A stretch of 47,891 nucleotides of DNA from a virus (lineage: Duplodnaviria; Caudoviricetes): IMG/VR virus record IMGVR_UViG_3300008255_000018, positions 1 to 47,891 of that record; one strand, given 5' to 3'. The notes under the pieces are model-generated. The model saw only the letters and a program-made list of their open reading frames with translations, had not been told where the DNA came from and ran no database searches. Shown here one piece after another: positions 36,850-45,817 of this stretch (position 1 is its first letter; the number at the start of each line of letters is the position of its first letter). The position numbers and the translations under genes are program-made.

Positions 36850-37736
36850 GCCTCACCTCCACCGAACAGGGGAAGGGTGGGCAGGACTTGCTGGGTGCGC
36901 TCAGGCTTGATCATCAGGGGGGCGCCCCCCACCATGGGGCTGGGCACAGGCCATGCCCCGGCCTCGTCCACCAGCAGCTGGCGCAAGCGCCCCCACTGGA
37001 TCAGCACCTGGACACAGGAGGGGGTCAGGCGCGCCATATAGGCGGCGTTGAACTCGGCGCAGAGGATAACAGCCTCTGCGCCTACTACTGGCTCGGCGCG
37101 CCTTCTGAGCTCGGCCAGGCCTGGCTCGGAGCGCGCCCACCTAAAGGACTTTTCAGGCGCGAACATCGTGGAAAGATTGTCCAGCAGCGCATCACTGTTA
37201 TCGGCTGTGGTCAGCGCGAGCTGCCAGAGCTGGCGCAAGGCCGCCACATTGAAGCCGTGTAGCTGGTGGGCGCGCCCATGCTCCAGGAGCGCATACAGCG
37301 CCTGAGCGCGCGCGAGCCGAAGCGGCTTGCGCAACGGCGCGGGCTCGGTCTCCCAGTCGGTTGACCAGATCCTGGGTGGGTAGTGCGCCCAGGTGTAACC
37401 GTACAGGGGGCCGAGAACCAGGTTTGGCCCATAGAAGCTCAGGCGGTGGTGCTGGGTGGTGAGGTCCGCGCTATCGATGTTTTGGAGGGGTGGGCGCGCC
37501 ACGCTCCTGGTGCCCACCACCAGGCGGAAGGGTCGTCTCTCCGGCGCCAGGCCCATGAGGTGAGAGAATGCCCACTCGCGCGCTCGCTCGTCGTCTGAGC
37601 CGCAGCGCGCGCCCTTCTGGGGCTCGTCCATCAGGCGCGCCACCTCCACCCACTCCTGGGCAGCGAAGGCGCCGCGTAGATCGCCCCAGGCCTCAAAGGG
37701 GCGCGAGGGGGTGGAGGCCTTCTTGGCGCGGCTCAT
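36846..37736 (-). CDS. Hypothetical protein
   Basis: GAGGTGG RBS; ATGA coupling. Confidence 0.7.
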   Translation of the reverse strand: MSRAKKASTPSRPFEAWGDLRGAFAAQEWVEVARLMDEPQKGARCGSDDERAREWAFSHLMGLAPERRPFRLVVGTRSVARPPLQNIDSADLTTQHHRLSFYGPNLVLGPLYGYTWAHYPPRIWSTDWETEPAPLRKPLRLARAQALYALLEHGRAHQLHGFNVAALRQLWQLALTTADNSDALLDNLSTMFAPEKSFRWARSEPGLAELRRRAEPVVGAEAVILCAEFNAAYMARLTPSCVQVLIQWGRLRQLLVDEAGAWPVPSPMVGGAPLMIKPERTQQVLPTLPLFGGGEA

Positions 37737-38410
37737 GGGGCCACCTCGCGCGCGCCCACCAGCTCCATCTCGTTACAGTGCTGGGGCGAGTGAAGGGTGA
37801 GGATCCGGCCACCATCCTCCTGGATCGCCTCGCGGAGCTGCTGGGTGGACACGGCCCACCAGGTGGAGTGCTGGGCGCCAGGCTCCCCGGTGGGGTGGGC
37901 GCGAAGGGCCGAGGTACACAGGGCCACCCAGAGCAGCCCATAGTACCCTCGCCCCAGGCCCAGCAGCCCGCGAGGGGGGCAGGTGCTGAACATGGTGGCC
38001 GCGAGGTCCACCACCTCGCGCCTATCCTCGCGCTTCTCCAGGATCAGCTCGGTGCGCGCGCGGTGAGAGCGCTGGGTGAAGGCCTCGCGCTCCAGGGCCT
38101 CCACCATCTCGGCCTCGCCCCAGCCCCTTGTGCGCTCGTTCGCCTCGCCCAGCTCCGCGCGCCACAGGTGGAGGCGAGGGGGCATGACGCAGCGCACCCA
38201 GGTGGCGAGCCGGAGCGCGAAGGGGTGGTGAGGCACCACCTGGGCCAGGAAGCGCCCCGCGTCGGTCAGCTCCAGGGGGCCGGTCATGGTGGCGCGGTAG
38301 AAGTAGGGCCGCAGCTCGGGGGTGAGGTGGCGCGCGGCCAGCTCGCCCTGTGTCCAGATCGTGGGGTCGGTCAGGCCGCGCAGCTGGGCGCACAGGTCAG
38401 GGGAAGTCAT
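37733..38410 (-). CDS. Hypothetical protein
   Basis: AAGGAG RBS; ATGA coupling. Confidence 0.7.
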   Translation of the reverse strand: MTSPDLCAQLRGLTDPTIWTQGELAARHLTPELRPYFYRATMTGPLELTDAGRFLAQVVPHHPFALRLATWVRCVMPPRLHLWRAELGEANERTRGWGEAEMVEALEREAFTQRSHRARTELILEKREDRREVVDLAATMFSTCPPRGLLGLGRGYYGLLWVALCTSALRAHPTGEPGAQHSTWWAVSTQQLREAIQEDGGRILTLHSPQHCNEMELVGAREVAP

Positions 38411-38952
38411 TCGGGGGCTCCTTCGGGGGTTGTGGGGTCGGCTGGGGGCGCGCTCGCGCTGGCCAGCACAAGGTCAACGGACAGGGCGAGGTGAATGGTG
38501 TCGGCGCTGGGGAAGGCGATGCGGGCCAGCTCCAGCACCTGATCAGCGAAGCTCTGGGGGCAGCCGGTCTTGAACACCAGCATACCGCCCAAGGCGGTCA
38601 GGGGGCGCTCGCCTGGGGGCAGGATGCGCCCCAGCTCAGGCAAGCCGCGCGAGGCCAGGCTGGGCTCGGTGGGCTGGGGCTTGGGCGCCCTGGGTGCGCG
38701 CTTCTTGGCGCGCACCACAGGCACCACCGACAGCGCGGTCAGGTCAGCTCTCAAGCGCACCACCTGGGTGGGGCCTCGCCCCTTGATCCCGGCGCGCTTG
38801 CGCTCCTCGGTCGAGGTGGCGCGCTCCTCGGTGGTCAGCGCGCGCGTCTCGATGCGCCCTCGCTTGATCCCGTTCACCACCGACGCATCGGTGATGCCCA
38901 GGAGTCGCGCGAAATCAGGGCGGCTTTGCCACTCGTAGGGGGTGGCGCTCAT
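38407..38952 (-). CDS. HTH DNA-binding protein (excisionase/MerR-like N-terminus)
   Basis: WQSRPDFARLLGITDASVVNGIKRGRI. Confidence 0.6.
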   Translation of the reverse strand: MSATPYEWQSRPDFARLLGITDASVVNGIKRGRIETRALTTEERATSTEERKRAGIKGRGPTQVVRLRADLTALSVVPVVRAKKRAPRAPKPQPTEPSLASRGLPELGRILPPGERPLTALGGMLVFKTGCPQSFADQVLELARIAFPSADTIHLALSVDLVLASASAPPADPTTPEGAPE

Positions 38953-40382
38953 TCATCGCCTCGCAGACCGAAGGCCTGGCGCCAGGCTGCTCGGTTCTCG
39001 GCGCTGAAGATATCGGCCAGACTGGCCGACACGCTCCAGGCCTGGCGCATCAAGTCCCAGCTGGCGCGCTCCACCATCACCTCCAGGGAGATCACGGCGT
39101 CCCCAGTGCTGACCTCCAGGATCGCCGGTATGGGGTTGGCCGCGCTGGGCGCAACAAAGTCGCCATGTGTGGCCTGGACCTGGAACACTACAACGCCGGC
39201 CGGGCGCGCCATGATTGCCGAGGCCTCCAGGCGCTGGCCAGAGGGTAACAGCAGCTCGCCCAGCCTGGCCAAGTCGGCGGCGCGGTCTGTTATCTTGACG
39301 TGGGGCGCCTGGGTGGGGCGAGGGGTGGGCAGGGTGGGGGTAGCGCCCCAGGAGGCCAGCAGCTCGTCAAGCGCGCGCTCGGCGCAGGTCTCCACCAGGC
39401 GCAAGCGCCTCGCGCCCTCGTCGCCCCACTCGGGCGAGCTGTGCGGCCAGCAGCCCGCGAGGTGGTTATATATCTGGTACAGGTCAGGCGCCGGGCGCCC
39501 TGTGCGGTCGCCCACCCCAGAGCTGGGGGTGGGGTGGCCCAGCAGCGCGGCCAGCAGCTCGACGAGGTGAGGATAACGGGCGACCGATCCGCCCACCGTA
39601 CGCTGGGCCTGGCAAAGCTCCTGGTGGGACAGGGGCATGAGGGGGTAGGGGTGGGCCACCGGGAAAATGCCCTCGCGCAGAGCCTCCAGGGTCGCGGCTA
39701 GGGGGTCGATGTAGGGCGCAAGGTCCACGCGAGGGCCATAGCCGCCCCAGCCCAGGTAAGAGCGCAGGGAGCTATCCATGGCGCGAGGCGAGGTCAGGAT
39801 CAGCTCCAGCTCGCGCGCAAGCCACCGCGCGAAGTCGGCGCGGTGAAGGTGGGCATTGGCGCCCAGCTGCGCCCAGTGGCCAGGCGCGAGCTGGTAGCCT
39901 CGCGCCATGGCCTCGGCGCCTGGGGGGGCCGCCATCAGCGCCACCTTCTCGCCGCGATAGTGGAGCCACCCCAGCGCATCGAACGTCCAGCGCCCCACCT
40001 GTCCATCCATGTGGCCCATCAGCGCCCTAAGCGAGGGGTCTTGCTCCAGCACCCAGGCGCCAGCAGTCAGGTGGAGGTGGGGGGCGAGGTGGTGAGCAGC
40101 GCGCGCTGGGGTGGTGCGCTCCAGGTAGGCGCCCAGGTAAGCGCGCGCTTCTTCGTTCTCGTCGCTCACCACCTCCAGCCCGGCGATACACCAGGCGAGG
40201 CCTGCGGCATCCTGGGTGTGGATCGCGGCGCGAAGGTCCGCGAAGGTGGGCTCGTCCTCCAGGCCCTCCACCTCGGGCTGGGGCAATCTGGACGGGTCGG
40301 TGAAATTGGTGGGCTCGGCATCGATGCGCGCGAGCTGGGCCTGGGCCTCGCTCAGGATAAGGGCTGGGGTCTGGGTGGTCAT
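38949..40382 (-). CDS. Hypothetical protein
   Basis: MTTQTP start with GGAG RBS; ATGA coupling. Confidence 0.7.
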   Translation of the reverse strand: MTTQTPALILSEAQAQLARIDAEPTNFTDPSRLPQPEVEGLEDEPTFADLRAAIHTQDAAGLAWCIAGLEVVSDENEEARAYLGAYLERTTPARAAHHLAPHLHLTAGAWVLEQDPSLRALMGHMDGQVGRWTFDALGWLHYRGEKVALMAAPPGAEAMARGYQLAPGHWAQLGANAHLHRADFARWLARELELILTSPRAMDSSLRSYLGWGGYGPRVDLAPYIDPLAATLEALREGIFPVAHPYPLMPLSHQELCQAQRTVGGSVARYPHLVELLAALLGHPTPSSGVGDRTGRPAPDLYQIYNHLAGCWPHSSPEWGDEGARRLRLVETCAERALDELLASWGATPTLPTPRPTQAPHVKITDRAADLARLGELLLPSGQRLEASAIMARPAGVVVFQVQATHGDFVAPSAANPIPAILEVSTGDAVISLEVMVERASWDLMRQAWSVSASLADIFSAENRAAWRQAFGLRGDE

Positions 40383-41413
40383 TCGGCGGTCTCCATGGCG
40401 AGGGTGGCGCACACAGGGCACAGGTGCCTGGTGCTGGGCAGGGCGCACCCTTCACAGGTGCTGTCGGTGGTGGAGCTGGGGGGCGCTGGGCGCCAGAGGT
40501 GGGCCGCGCGCTGCTGGGGCAGGTCCAGGGTGGGGCGCACCCTGACCCCATCCAGCTGGGCGCACAGCTGCGCGGCGCCGCGAAGGATGGTCAGGCCCAG
40601 CGCATGGGCCTCGGTGAGCCCTGCGCGGCTCCTGGGCTCGTCGGTGGTGGGGCTGGTGGTGAGCAGATCGGCGCGAAGGTAGGCCGCCACGTCGTGGCCT
40701 ATGGGCGCCCTGACCTTGTGCCTGGTGGCCAGCGCCAAATCCCAGGCGGCCAGCTCGGCGGTGTAGGTCAGCGCGCCCTCGTGCAGCTCATGCGCCATGG
40801 CCACCAGCGCCTTGCTGGGGGTGGACTTGGACCGCAGAAGGCGCGCCCACAGCCAGCGTCTCGCCCCCTCGTCGCTCGCGGGCAGCTGCCCCAGCAGCTC
40901 GCGCTTGATCAGCTGCTGGTGGTGCTGGAGCTGCTCGGCCAGGGGGCGCCTGAAATCCAGCAGCGCCTTGACCAGCTCAGGGCTGGGCTGCTCGGCCTCG
41001 GTCAGCGCGAGGTGGGCGCGCCGGAGCGAGGCCATATCATCGAACAGGCCCCACTCCTTTGCCTTCGGGGTGCCCGGCTGGGTGATGCGCAACCCCCAGC
41101 TGGGCGAGGTCAGAAGGCGCGCGAGGGGATAGCAGCGCGCGCGTCGGTCCTCGTCGGCCTCCATCTCGGTGTGGAGGGCCACCAGCTGGTGGAGGTGGTG
41201 AGCCGCGAGGCCCAGCAGCTTGACCGTCTCCGGCTTGTGAGCTGCTGGGGCGCGCCGGAGCGCTGCATGTATAGGGCGCGCATGAGCTGCCCAGCTGGGC
41301 AGCTCGGCGGGCAGCTGGTGGAGCAAGGGCTGGGGGGTGAACAAGGGGGCGCACGCGCGCGCCTCGTCTTGACACAAGCGCGCGCCCTGGGGCGGCGCGG
41401 TGGGGGAAGTCAT
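40379..41413 (-). CDS. Hypothetical helical protein with C-terminal CxxC...CxxC
   Basis: AAGGAG RBS; CEGC...CPVC. Confidence 0.7.
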   Translation of the reverse strand: MTSPTAPPQGARLCQDEARACAPLFTPQPLLHQLPAELPSWAAHARPIHAALRRAPAAHKPETVKLLGLAAHHLHQLVALHTEMEADEDRRARCYPLARLLTSPSWGLRITQPGTPKAKEWGLFDDMASLRRAHLALTEAEQPSPELVKALLDFRRPLAEQLQHHQQLIKRELLGQLPASDEGARRWLWARLLRSKSTPSKALVAMAHELHEGALTYTAELAAWDLALATRHKVRAPIGHDVAAYLRADLLTTSPTTDEPRSRAGLTEAHALGLTILRGAAQLCAQLDGVRVRPTLDLPQQRAAHLWRPAPPSSTTDSTCEGCALPSTRHLCPVCATLAMETAE

Positions 41414-41444
41414 AAGGAGGCTCCTTTGGAGGTAGAGGGTCAGG

Positions 41445-41651
41445 TCAACAGGAGGGGCGGATCTTCATCGGGAGCGGTTCAAGGTAGCACTGGGCGAAGG
41501 GGTGAGGGCGCGCGCAGAGGTGGGCGCTCCAAGCGCTAGACACCCCACGGCAAGCCCCTTCGAGGGTGGAGGGGCGAGGGGAGTAGAGACAGCGAGCGCG
41601 AGGGGAGCAACAGCGGGAGAACATGGTGGGGTTTCCGGTTGGGCAACGCAT
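41445..41651 (-). CDS. Small Cys-rich peptide (putative)
   Basis: AGGAG RBS 8 nt before ATG; 8 Cys in 68 aa; fills an intergenic gap. Confidence 0.4.
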   Translation of the reverse strand: MRCPTGNPTMFSRCCSPRARCLYSPRPSTLEGACRGVSSAWSAHLCARPHPFAQCYLEPLPMKIRPSC

Positions 41652-41687
41652 CGGGGGGGCTCCTGGTGGGGTTGGAATAGGTGGAGG

Positions 41688-42011
41688 TCAGCAGCCCACA
41701 AACGCGGCGCAGTAGGCCTTCTCGGAAGCGGCGCGAGGCACCACCTCGGCCACCACGTTGGCGATGGCGGCGAAGGCGTCCCAGGTCACCGAGAGGATGA
41801 ACACGGCGATCTCGTGCTGCTGGCCCTGGGTGGTGATGATGAAGGTGCCCATGAAGGTCTCCATGGGGTTGGTCCCGAAGCCCTGGAGCGCCACCGCCTG
41901 GGCAGCGGAGAGGCGCATATTTACGCGCCCAGCGCCCACCTGCTCGGCCACCACGTCCGAGGCCTGGATGGATGAATTGCGGATGTTGAGCGAGGCGAGG
42001 GGCTGAACCAT
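41688..42011 (-). CDS. Hypothetical protein
   Basis: AGGAG RBS; first gene after the promoter at 42093. Confidence 0.65.
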   Translation of the reverse strand: MVQPLASLNIRNSSIQASDVVAEQVGAGRVNMRLSAAQAVALQGFGTNPMETFMGTFIITTQGQQHEIAVFILSVTWDAFAAIANVVAEVVPRAASEKAYCAAFVGC

Positions 42012-42030
42012 TTTAGACTCCTGAATGATG

Positions 42031-42093
42031 AAGGGCAGCTGGTGTCACTCACCAGCTGCCCTTATATTTGCCCGCCGATACCACGCCTGTCAA
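42031..42093 (-). promoter_or_regulatory. Promoter (TTGACAGGCGTGGTAT...) followed by a 14-bp-stem hairpin
   Basis: TTGACA at 42093-42088; 15/16 identity with 46644-46659; AAGGGCAGCTGGTG-tcact-CACCAGCTGCCCTT at 42031-42063. Confidence 0.55.
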
Positions 42094-42096
42094 GTG

Positions 42097-42975
42097 TTAT
42101 TTGTGCGTTGTTAGAATCAACCCGTACTCGTTCGCCTGTGGGGGGTGGTCATAGTCCGCTTTTCTCATAATATGCAAGTGCTTAAACTTTCCATAGTCGA
42201 CGTGATGATGGGCTCGCCGGAACTTGAACACCTCGCGCGCGACGTCGGGGTGAACCTCCACCAGCATCCTGGACTTTGGCGCGGTGCCCTCGCTCGCGTA
42301 GAACTCGGCGGTGTTGCCGCCGCCCAGGGTCTGGGTGGCCACCTTCTGCTGGAGAAAGATGTTATATTGAACAGTACACCACCCAGCTTTCATCATATCA
42401 ATTGATAAGATCGTGTCCTCATTATAGCGCCCGCGCCACCTGAATTTCAGGTCATTTCTTATGAGGTTACACGAATATATGCGGGTGTTTTTTATGAACG
42501 GTGGCACGTCATGGCGGCGCGGAACAAACATCTCATAGTTGGGTCCGGCCATGCCAACATTCACATATCTCAAAACGAAATCCTCCATCACCTTGAAGGG
42601 TGTTCCGTCCACACACTTGATAATTGTGTTGTCTTTTAGCCTATAAAACTTTGAGATATTATCGTCCATAACCCAATGCCAAGCATGTCCTTTTAGCTTT
42701 GAATGCTCCCATATGAAATTGCGCGCTGGGCCTGGTCCTGTGGACTTCGTAAGCCCTAAATTGTCGCATAGCTCATAGGTCTCTTTGTAGGCCAGATCCA
42801 GGGGCAGGATAGTGGCCAGGGGGTTGCCCTCGGTGGCGCGCTCGTAGGCCTCCACCTCCTGGGGCTCCACCACCAGGGTGTGGGCGAGGCCCATCATGGT
42901 CAGCGCGTCGTTGGTGAGCCGCTTCTGGGCGCGGCCCTTGCTCGGGATGTACAGCGGAAACTGGGGGGTGTTCAT
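42097..42975 (-). CDS. TET-associated / GREB1-like glycosyltransferase (GT-A fold), DNA hypermodification type
   Basis: PLYIPSKGRA, LVVEPQE, ARNFIWEH, HWVMDDNI (DxD-type), NTRIYSCNLIRND, RWRGRYNEDT, TQTLGGGNT. Confidence 0.8.
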   Translation of the reverse strand: MNTPQFPLYIPSKGRAQKRLTNDALTMMGLAHTLVVEPQEVEAYERATEGNPLATILPLDLAYKETYELCDNLGLTKSTGPGPARNFIWEHSKLKGHAWHWVMDDNISKFYRLKDNTIIKCVDGTPFKVMEDFVLRYVNVGMAGPNYEMFVPRRHDVPPFIKNTRIYSCNLIRNDLKFRWRGRYNEDTILSIDMMKAGWCTVQYNIFLQQKVATQTLGGGNTAEFYASEGTAPKSRMLVEVHPDVAREVFKFRRAHHHVDYGKFKHLHIMRKADYDHPPQANEYGLILTTHK

Positions 42976-43676
42976 CGCTCGCCCTCACCCTCGCCAGGCT
43001 CATGCCCAGCAGCTGCTGACCAGCACTTGTCCGCGAACACGTTGCGCTCCTGGGGTGGCCACCAGGCGGACTTCGTCTTTTCGGTCCACTCCTGGCCCAG
43101 CAGCTTGCCCAGCTCCACCTTCTGCGCGGCGGTGGTGAAGCTGATCAGCACCTGGGTGGCCGGCCTCAGATCGTCCTGGTGGAACGCCGGCATGTCGTTC
43201 CACTCGTCCTCTGGGCGCCACCCCTCACCCTCCTGGGGGTGGAGCTTGGCCAGCAGCTGGGTGAGGTCGCCATGGTCAAAGCCTGTGCCCTCCAGGCCGT
43301 TGACCCCTGATAGCTCGCCCGCGACGCGCAGGGCCTCCAGGGCCTCGCCCAGCTTGGCCTCGTCATAGCTCGCCAGATCACTGGTGCGGTTGTCGGCCAC
43401 CAGGATGCGCAGGGCCTGCTCGTCGCCCACGTCCACCCACACCACAGGCACCTTCTCCATACCCAGCTCACGCGCGGCCAGGAGACGGTGGTTCCCGGCC
43501 AGCACCTGGCGCGTCCTGCGGTTCACCACCAGCGCGCCGAACAGGCCATTGGTGGCGATGCTCTCCACCACCTGGGCGAGGTTGCCGCGCCGGGGGTTGT
43601 CTGGGTGAGTCTCCAGCAGCCTGGTGGCCACCAGCTCGTACTTGTCATTGATCGTTCGGGGGTGCGCGCGGCTCAT
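42972..43676 (-). CDS. ParB/Srx N-terminal domain fused to a small C-terminal domain
   Basis: HPDNPRRG...SIATNG...VLAGNHRLLAARELGMEKVPV...LVADNRT; C-terminus EWNDMPAFHQDD...GQEWTEKTKSAWWP. Confidence 0.85.
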   Translation of the reverse strand: MSRAHPRTINDKYELVATRLLETHPDNPRRGNLAQVVESIATNGLFGALVVNRRTRQVLAGNHRLLAARELGMEKVPVVWVDVGDEQALRILVADNRTSDLASYDEAKLGEALEALRVAGELSGVNGLEGTGFDHGDLTQLLAKLHPQEGEGWRPEDEWNDMPAFHQDDLRPATQVLISFTTAAQKVELGKLLGQEWTEKTKSAWWPPQERNVFADKCWSAAAGHEPGEGEGER

Positions 43677-43799
43677 GGGCGATCCTGGGCGAGGGTGCTG
43701 GGGGGTGGACGTGAAGCGCCCCCCTCACCGGCTGGCGAGGGGGGCGGCGCTGCCCATCATTTAGTGGGCAGGGGGGCGAGGGGTCAAGCTGCTGGGGTG

Positions 43800-45302
43800 C
43801 TAGATGGTCTGGGTGATGTTCGCGCGCTCGCGGAACAGCGCCCATGCTTGCTCACGCGCGGTCAGGTCAAGGATGCGATCGGCCTGGGGCCAATATCCCC
43901 AATCGCGCGCCCTCGACTCCAGCAGCGCGCGCGCGCTCTCAAGCTGCTCGGGCTTGACCCCCAGCCCTGTGAGCTCGTCCCATGCGCTGCCCAGCGCACA
44001 GGCGTTCTCACACAGGCCCAGCTCGCCCTGGAGCGCCTGGGCCATGTGCCTCGCCACCCCAGCCGTGGCGAGGAATGCCAAGCTCCAGCGCGCGCTCAGG
44101 CCGTCCCTGTCGGTCCACAGATCCGCGAGGGTCTGGCCCTGGAGCGCATCGCCAGGCCACCACTCGGGCGCTCCTGGGCAGCTGGGCAGCTCCGCCGCGC
44201 GCCACTGGGCCGACGTCACCATACTCTCGGCCTGGGCACACTCGCCCACCTCAAACATCGCGGCGTCCAGCATCGCGGCCAGCTGCTCGGTGCGCTCCAC
44301 CAGGGCGCGCACCTGGTGGGGGTGGTCAGCGCCCAGCTCGCCCTTGATCGCGGCCCAGGCGAGGGGGCGCCATTGGGTGAGGCGCCCAGCTCGCCAATAC
44401 ATCACCACTTGGCGCCCGTTCGCGCCGACCACCACCGACAGGTAAGGCGACCACCTCACCGCCTCGGACCCCTGGGCAAGGGCGCAAGGCCAGTGAGACC
44501 ACAGGCGCTCACCAGCCCAGTGGGGCCTGTGCTGGTGGGGGCGCGCCAGGGCATCGGCCAGGCGGTCCAGCGTCACGGTCTCCACATGGTGGAGGTGGCG
44601 CCCTCGCTCATCCATGCGCGAGGCCTTGCCCTGGGCGACGAGGGCGAGGTGGCGCCTGACCTCGGCGCGCGCGTCGCGCCATGCGCCCAGGTGTTCGGTG
44701 CAGAGGTGGGCGCCCACTGGCCCCTGTCGGCAGCCCAGCAAAATCTCCGGCTCGGCGCTCCACTCCTCGGCCTCGCGCGCTGCCCCTGTGAGCAGCGCGC
44801 GAACATCACCCAGGCGCTCATGGTAGGCCTGGGCCTCGGCGCAGAGCTGCGCGGCGCCGCCGCGCAGCTGGTGGACCCACAGGCCCATCACACGCGGCCC
44901 CTGCTCGTCCTCCAGGATCGCCACCAGACCAGCGCGCGCGAGCTTGACACCCACCCTCGCCTGGTGGGCGCTGTCGGCCAGGGCCTGCTCGGTGGCGCTG
45001 GGGTCGGCCTGGGCCTCCAGGGGGCAGGTGAGGCTGGGCAAGTCCAGGGGGGCGAGACGCGAGACGAACACCTCTAGGGCAGGGTGGCCCATGCCTGTGG
45101 AGGCATGGCGCGCGCAGACGCGCCCAGCATTCGTGTACCACCGCCCTGTGTGGGGCGACGCGTGGGTGTGCGTGTTCAGCCAGCTGGCGAGGGCGAGGGC
45201 CTGGGCATCGTCGAGCCGGAACAGCTCGCCTCGGTGTGGTTCAACTTCGCCTTGAAAGGCGAAGAAGTCGCAGCGGTTCACAGATCGGGTGGGGGTTGTC
45301 AT
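43800..45302 (-). CDS. Hypothetical early protein (500 aa)
   Basis: Start MTTPTRS defined by the repeated leader element. Confidence 0.7.
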   Translation of the reverse strand: MTTPTRSVNRCDFFAFQGEVEPHRGELFRLDDAQALALASWLNTHTHASPHTGRWYTNAGRVCARHASTGMGHPALEVFVSRLAPLDLPSLTCPLEAQADPSATEQALADSAHQARVGVKLARAGLVAILEDEQGPRVMGLWVHQLRGGAAQLCAEAQAYHERLGDVRALLTGAAREAEEWSAEPEILLGCRQGPVGAHLCTEHLGAWRDARAEVRRHLALVAQGKASRMDERGRHLHHVETVTLDRLADALARPHQHRPHWAGERLWSHWPCALAQGSEAVRWSPYLSVVVGANGRQVVMYWRAGRLTQWRPLAWAAIKGELGADHPHQVRALVERTEQLAAMLDAAMFEVGECAQAESMVTSAQWRAAELPSCPGAPEWWPGDALQGQTLADLWTDRDGLSARWSLAFLATAGVARHMAQALQGELGLCENACALGSAWDELTGLGVKPEQLESARALLESRARDWGYWPQADRILDLTAREQAWALFRERANITQTI

Positions 45303-45371
45303 GGTCAGGTACTCCAGGGTGGGGATGGGTGGAGCAGCTGGGCGCACAGGCGCCCAGCTGCTGGGGGTCAG
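45300..45371 (-). repeat. 72-bp intergenic element, copy B (inverted relative to 4304-4375)
   Basis: 68/72 identity; loop CTGT versus ACAG. Confidence 0.9.
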
Positions 45372-45778
45372 GCGTCGATCATCTCGGAGAGGGGGCGCAA
45401 GCCAGAGCTGGCCAGCATCCACTCGGGCATCTTGCCCTGGCGCACCGCGTTGGCCAGCAGGGTGGTGATAGCGCGCCAGGTGGCGAGGTCAGGCACACCG
45501 AACAGGGGATGGTCGCCGTCATACCAGCCCAGGCCACAGCCCTCGGCCAGGATCGCCAAAATCTGCGCCTCCTCGTTCATCTCGCGCGCCACGTCCTGGC
45601 CAGTCCAGGAGTGAACGTGAAGGATCTGGCGGCGGCGGTCGGCCCAGTAGTTGTATTCTTCGCCGCGCGCATCGATCAGCGCCCAGAGGTGGCGCGCGTA
45701 CTCGTCCACCTTGGTCTCGTCTGGGGTGGTGGGAGCAGCAAGGCGCGAGATCGTCGCGGGGGTAATGGTCAGGCTCAT
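45368..45778 (-). CDS. Hypothetical early protein
   Basis: Start MSLTIT with the shared CCCCACCCTGGAGTACCTGACCATG leader. Confidence 0.7.
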   Translation of the reverse strand: MSLTITPATISRLAAPTTPDETKVDEYARHLWALIDARGEEYNYWADRRRQILHVHSWTGQDVAREMNEEAQILAILAEGCGLGWYDGDHPLFGVPDLATWRAITTLLANAVRQGKMPEWMLASSGLRPLSEMIDA

Positions 45779-45814
45779 GGTCAGGTACTCCAGGGTGGGG
45801 CGCACAGGCGCCCA
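45776..45814 (-). repeat. Truncated third copy of the leader element
   Basis: 25 bp identical to 45300-45324 plus the GGGCGCCTGTGCGCCC hairpin core. Confidence 0.85.
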
Positions 45815-45817
45815 TGG

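Noticed and set aside
42972-43676. ParB as a plasmid partition system
   Set aside because: There is no ParA, no parS-binding HTH domain and no parS array; coupling to the glycosyltransferase fits modification-associated ParB.
43758-43787. TTGACC-N18-TAAATG promoter before the ParB gene
   Set aside because: The -10 and spacing are weak; plausible but not supportable as a feature.
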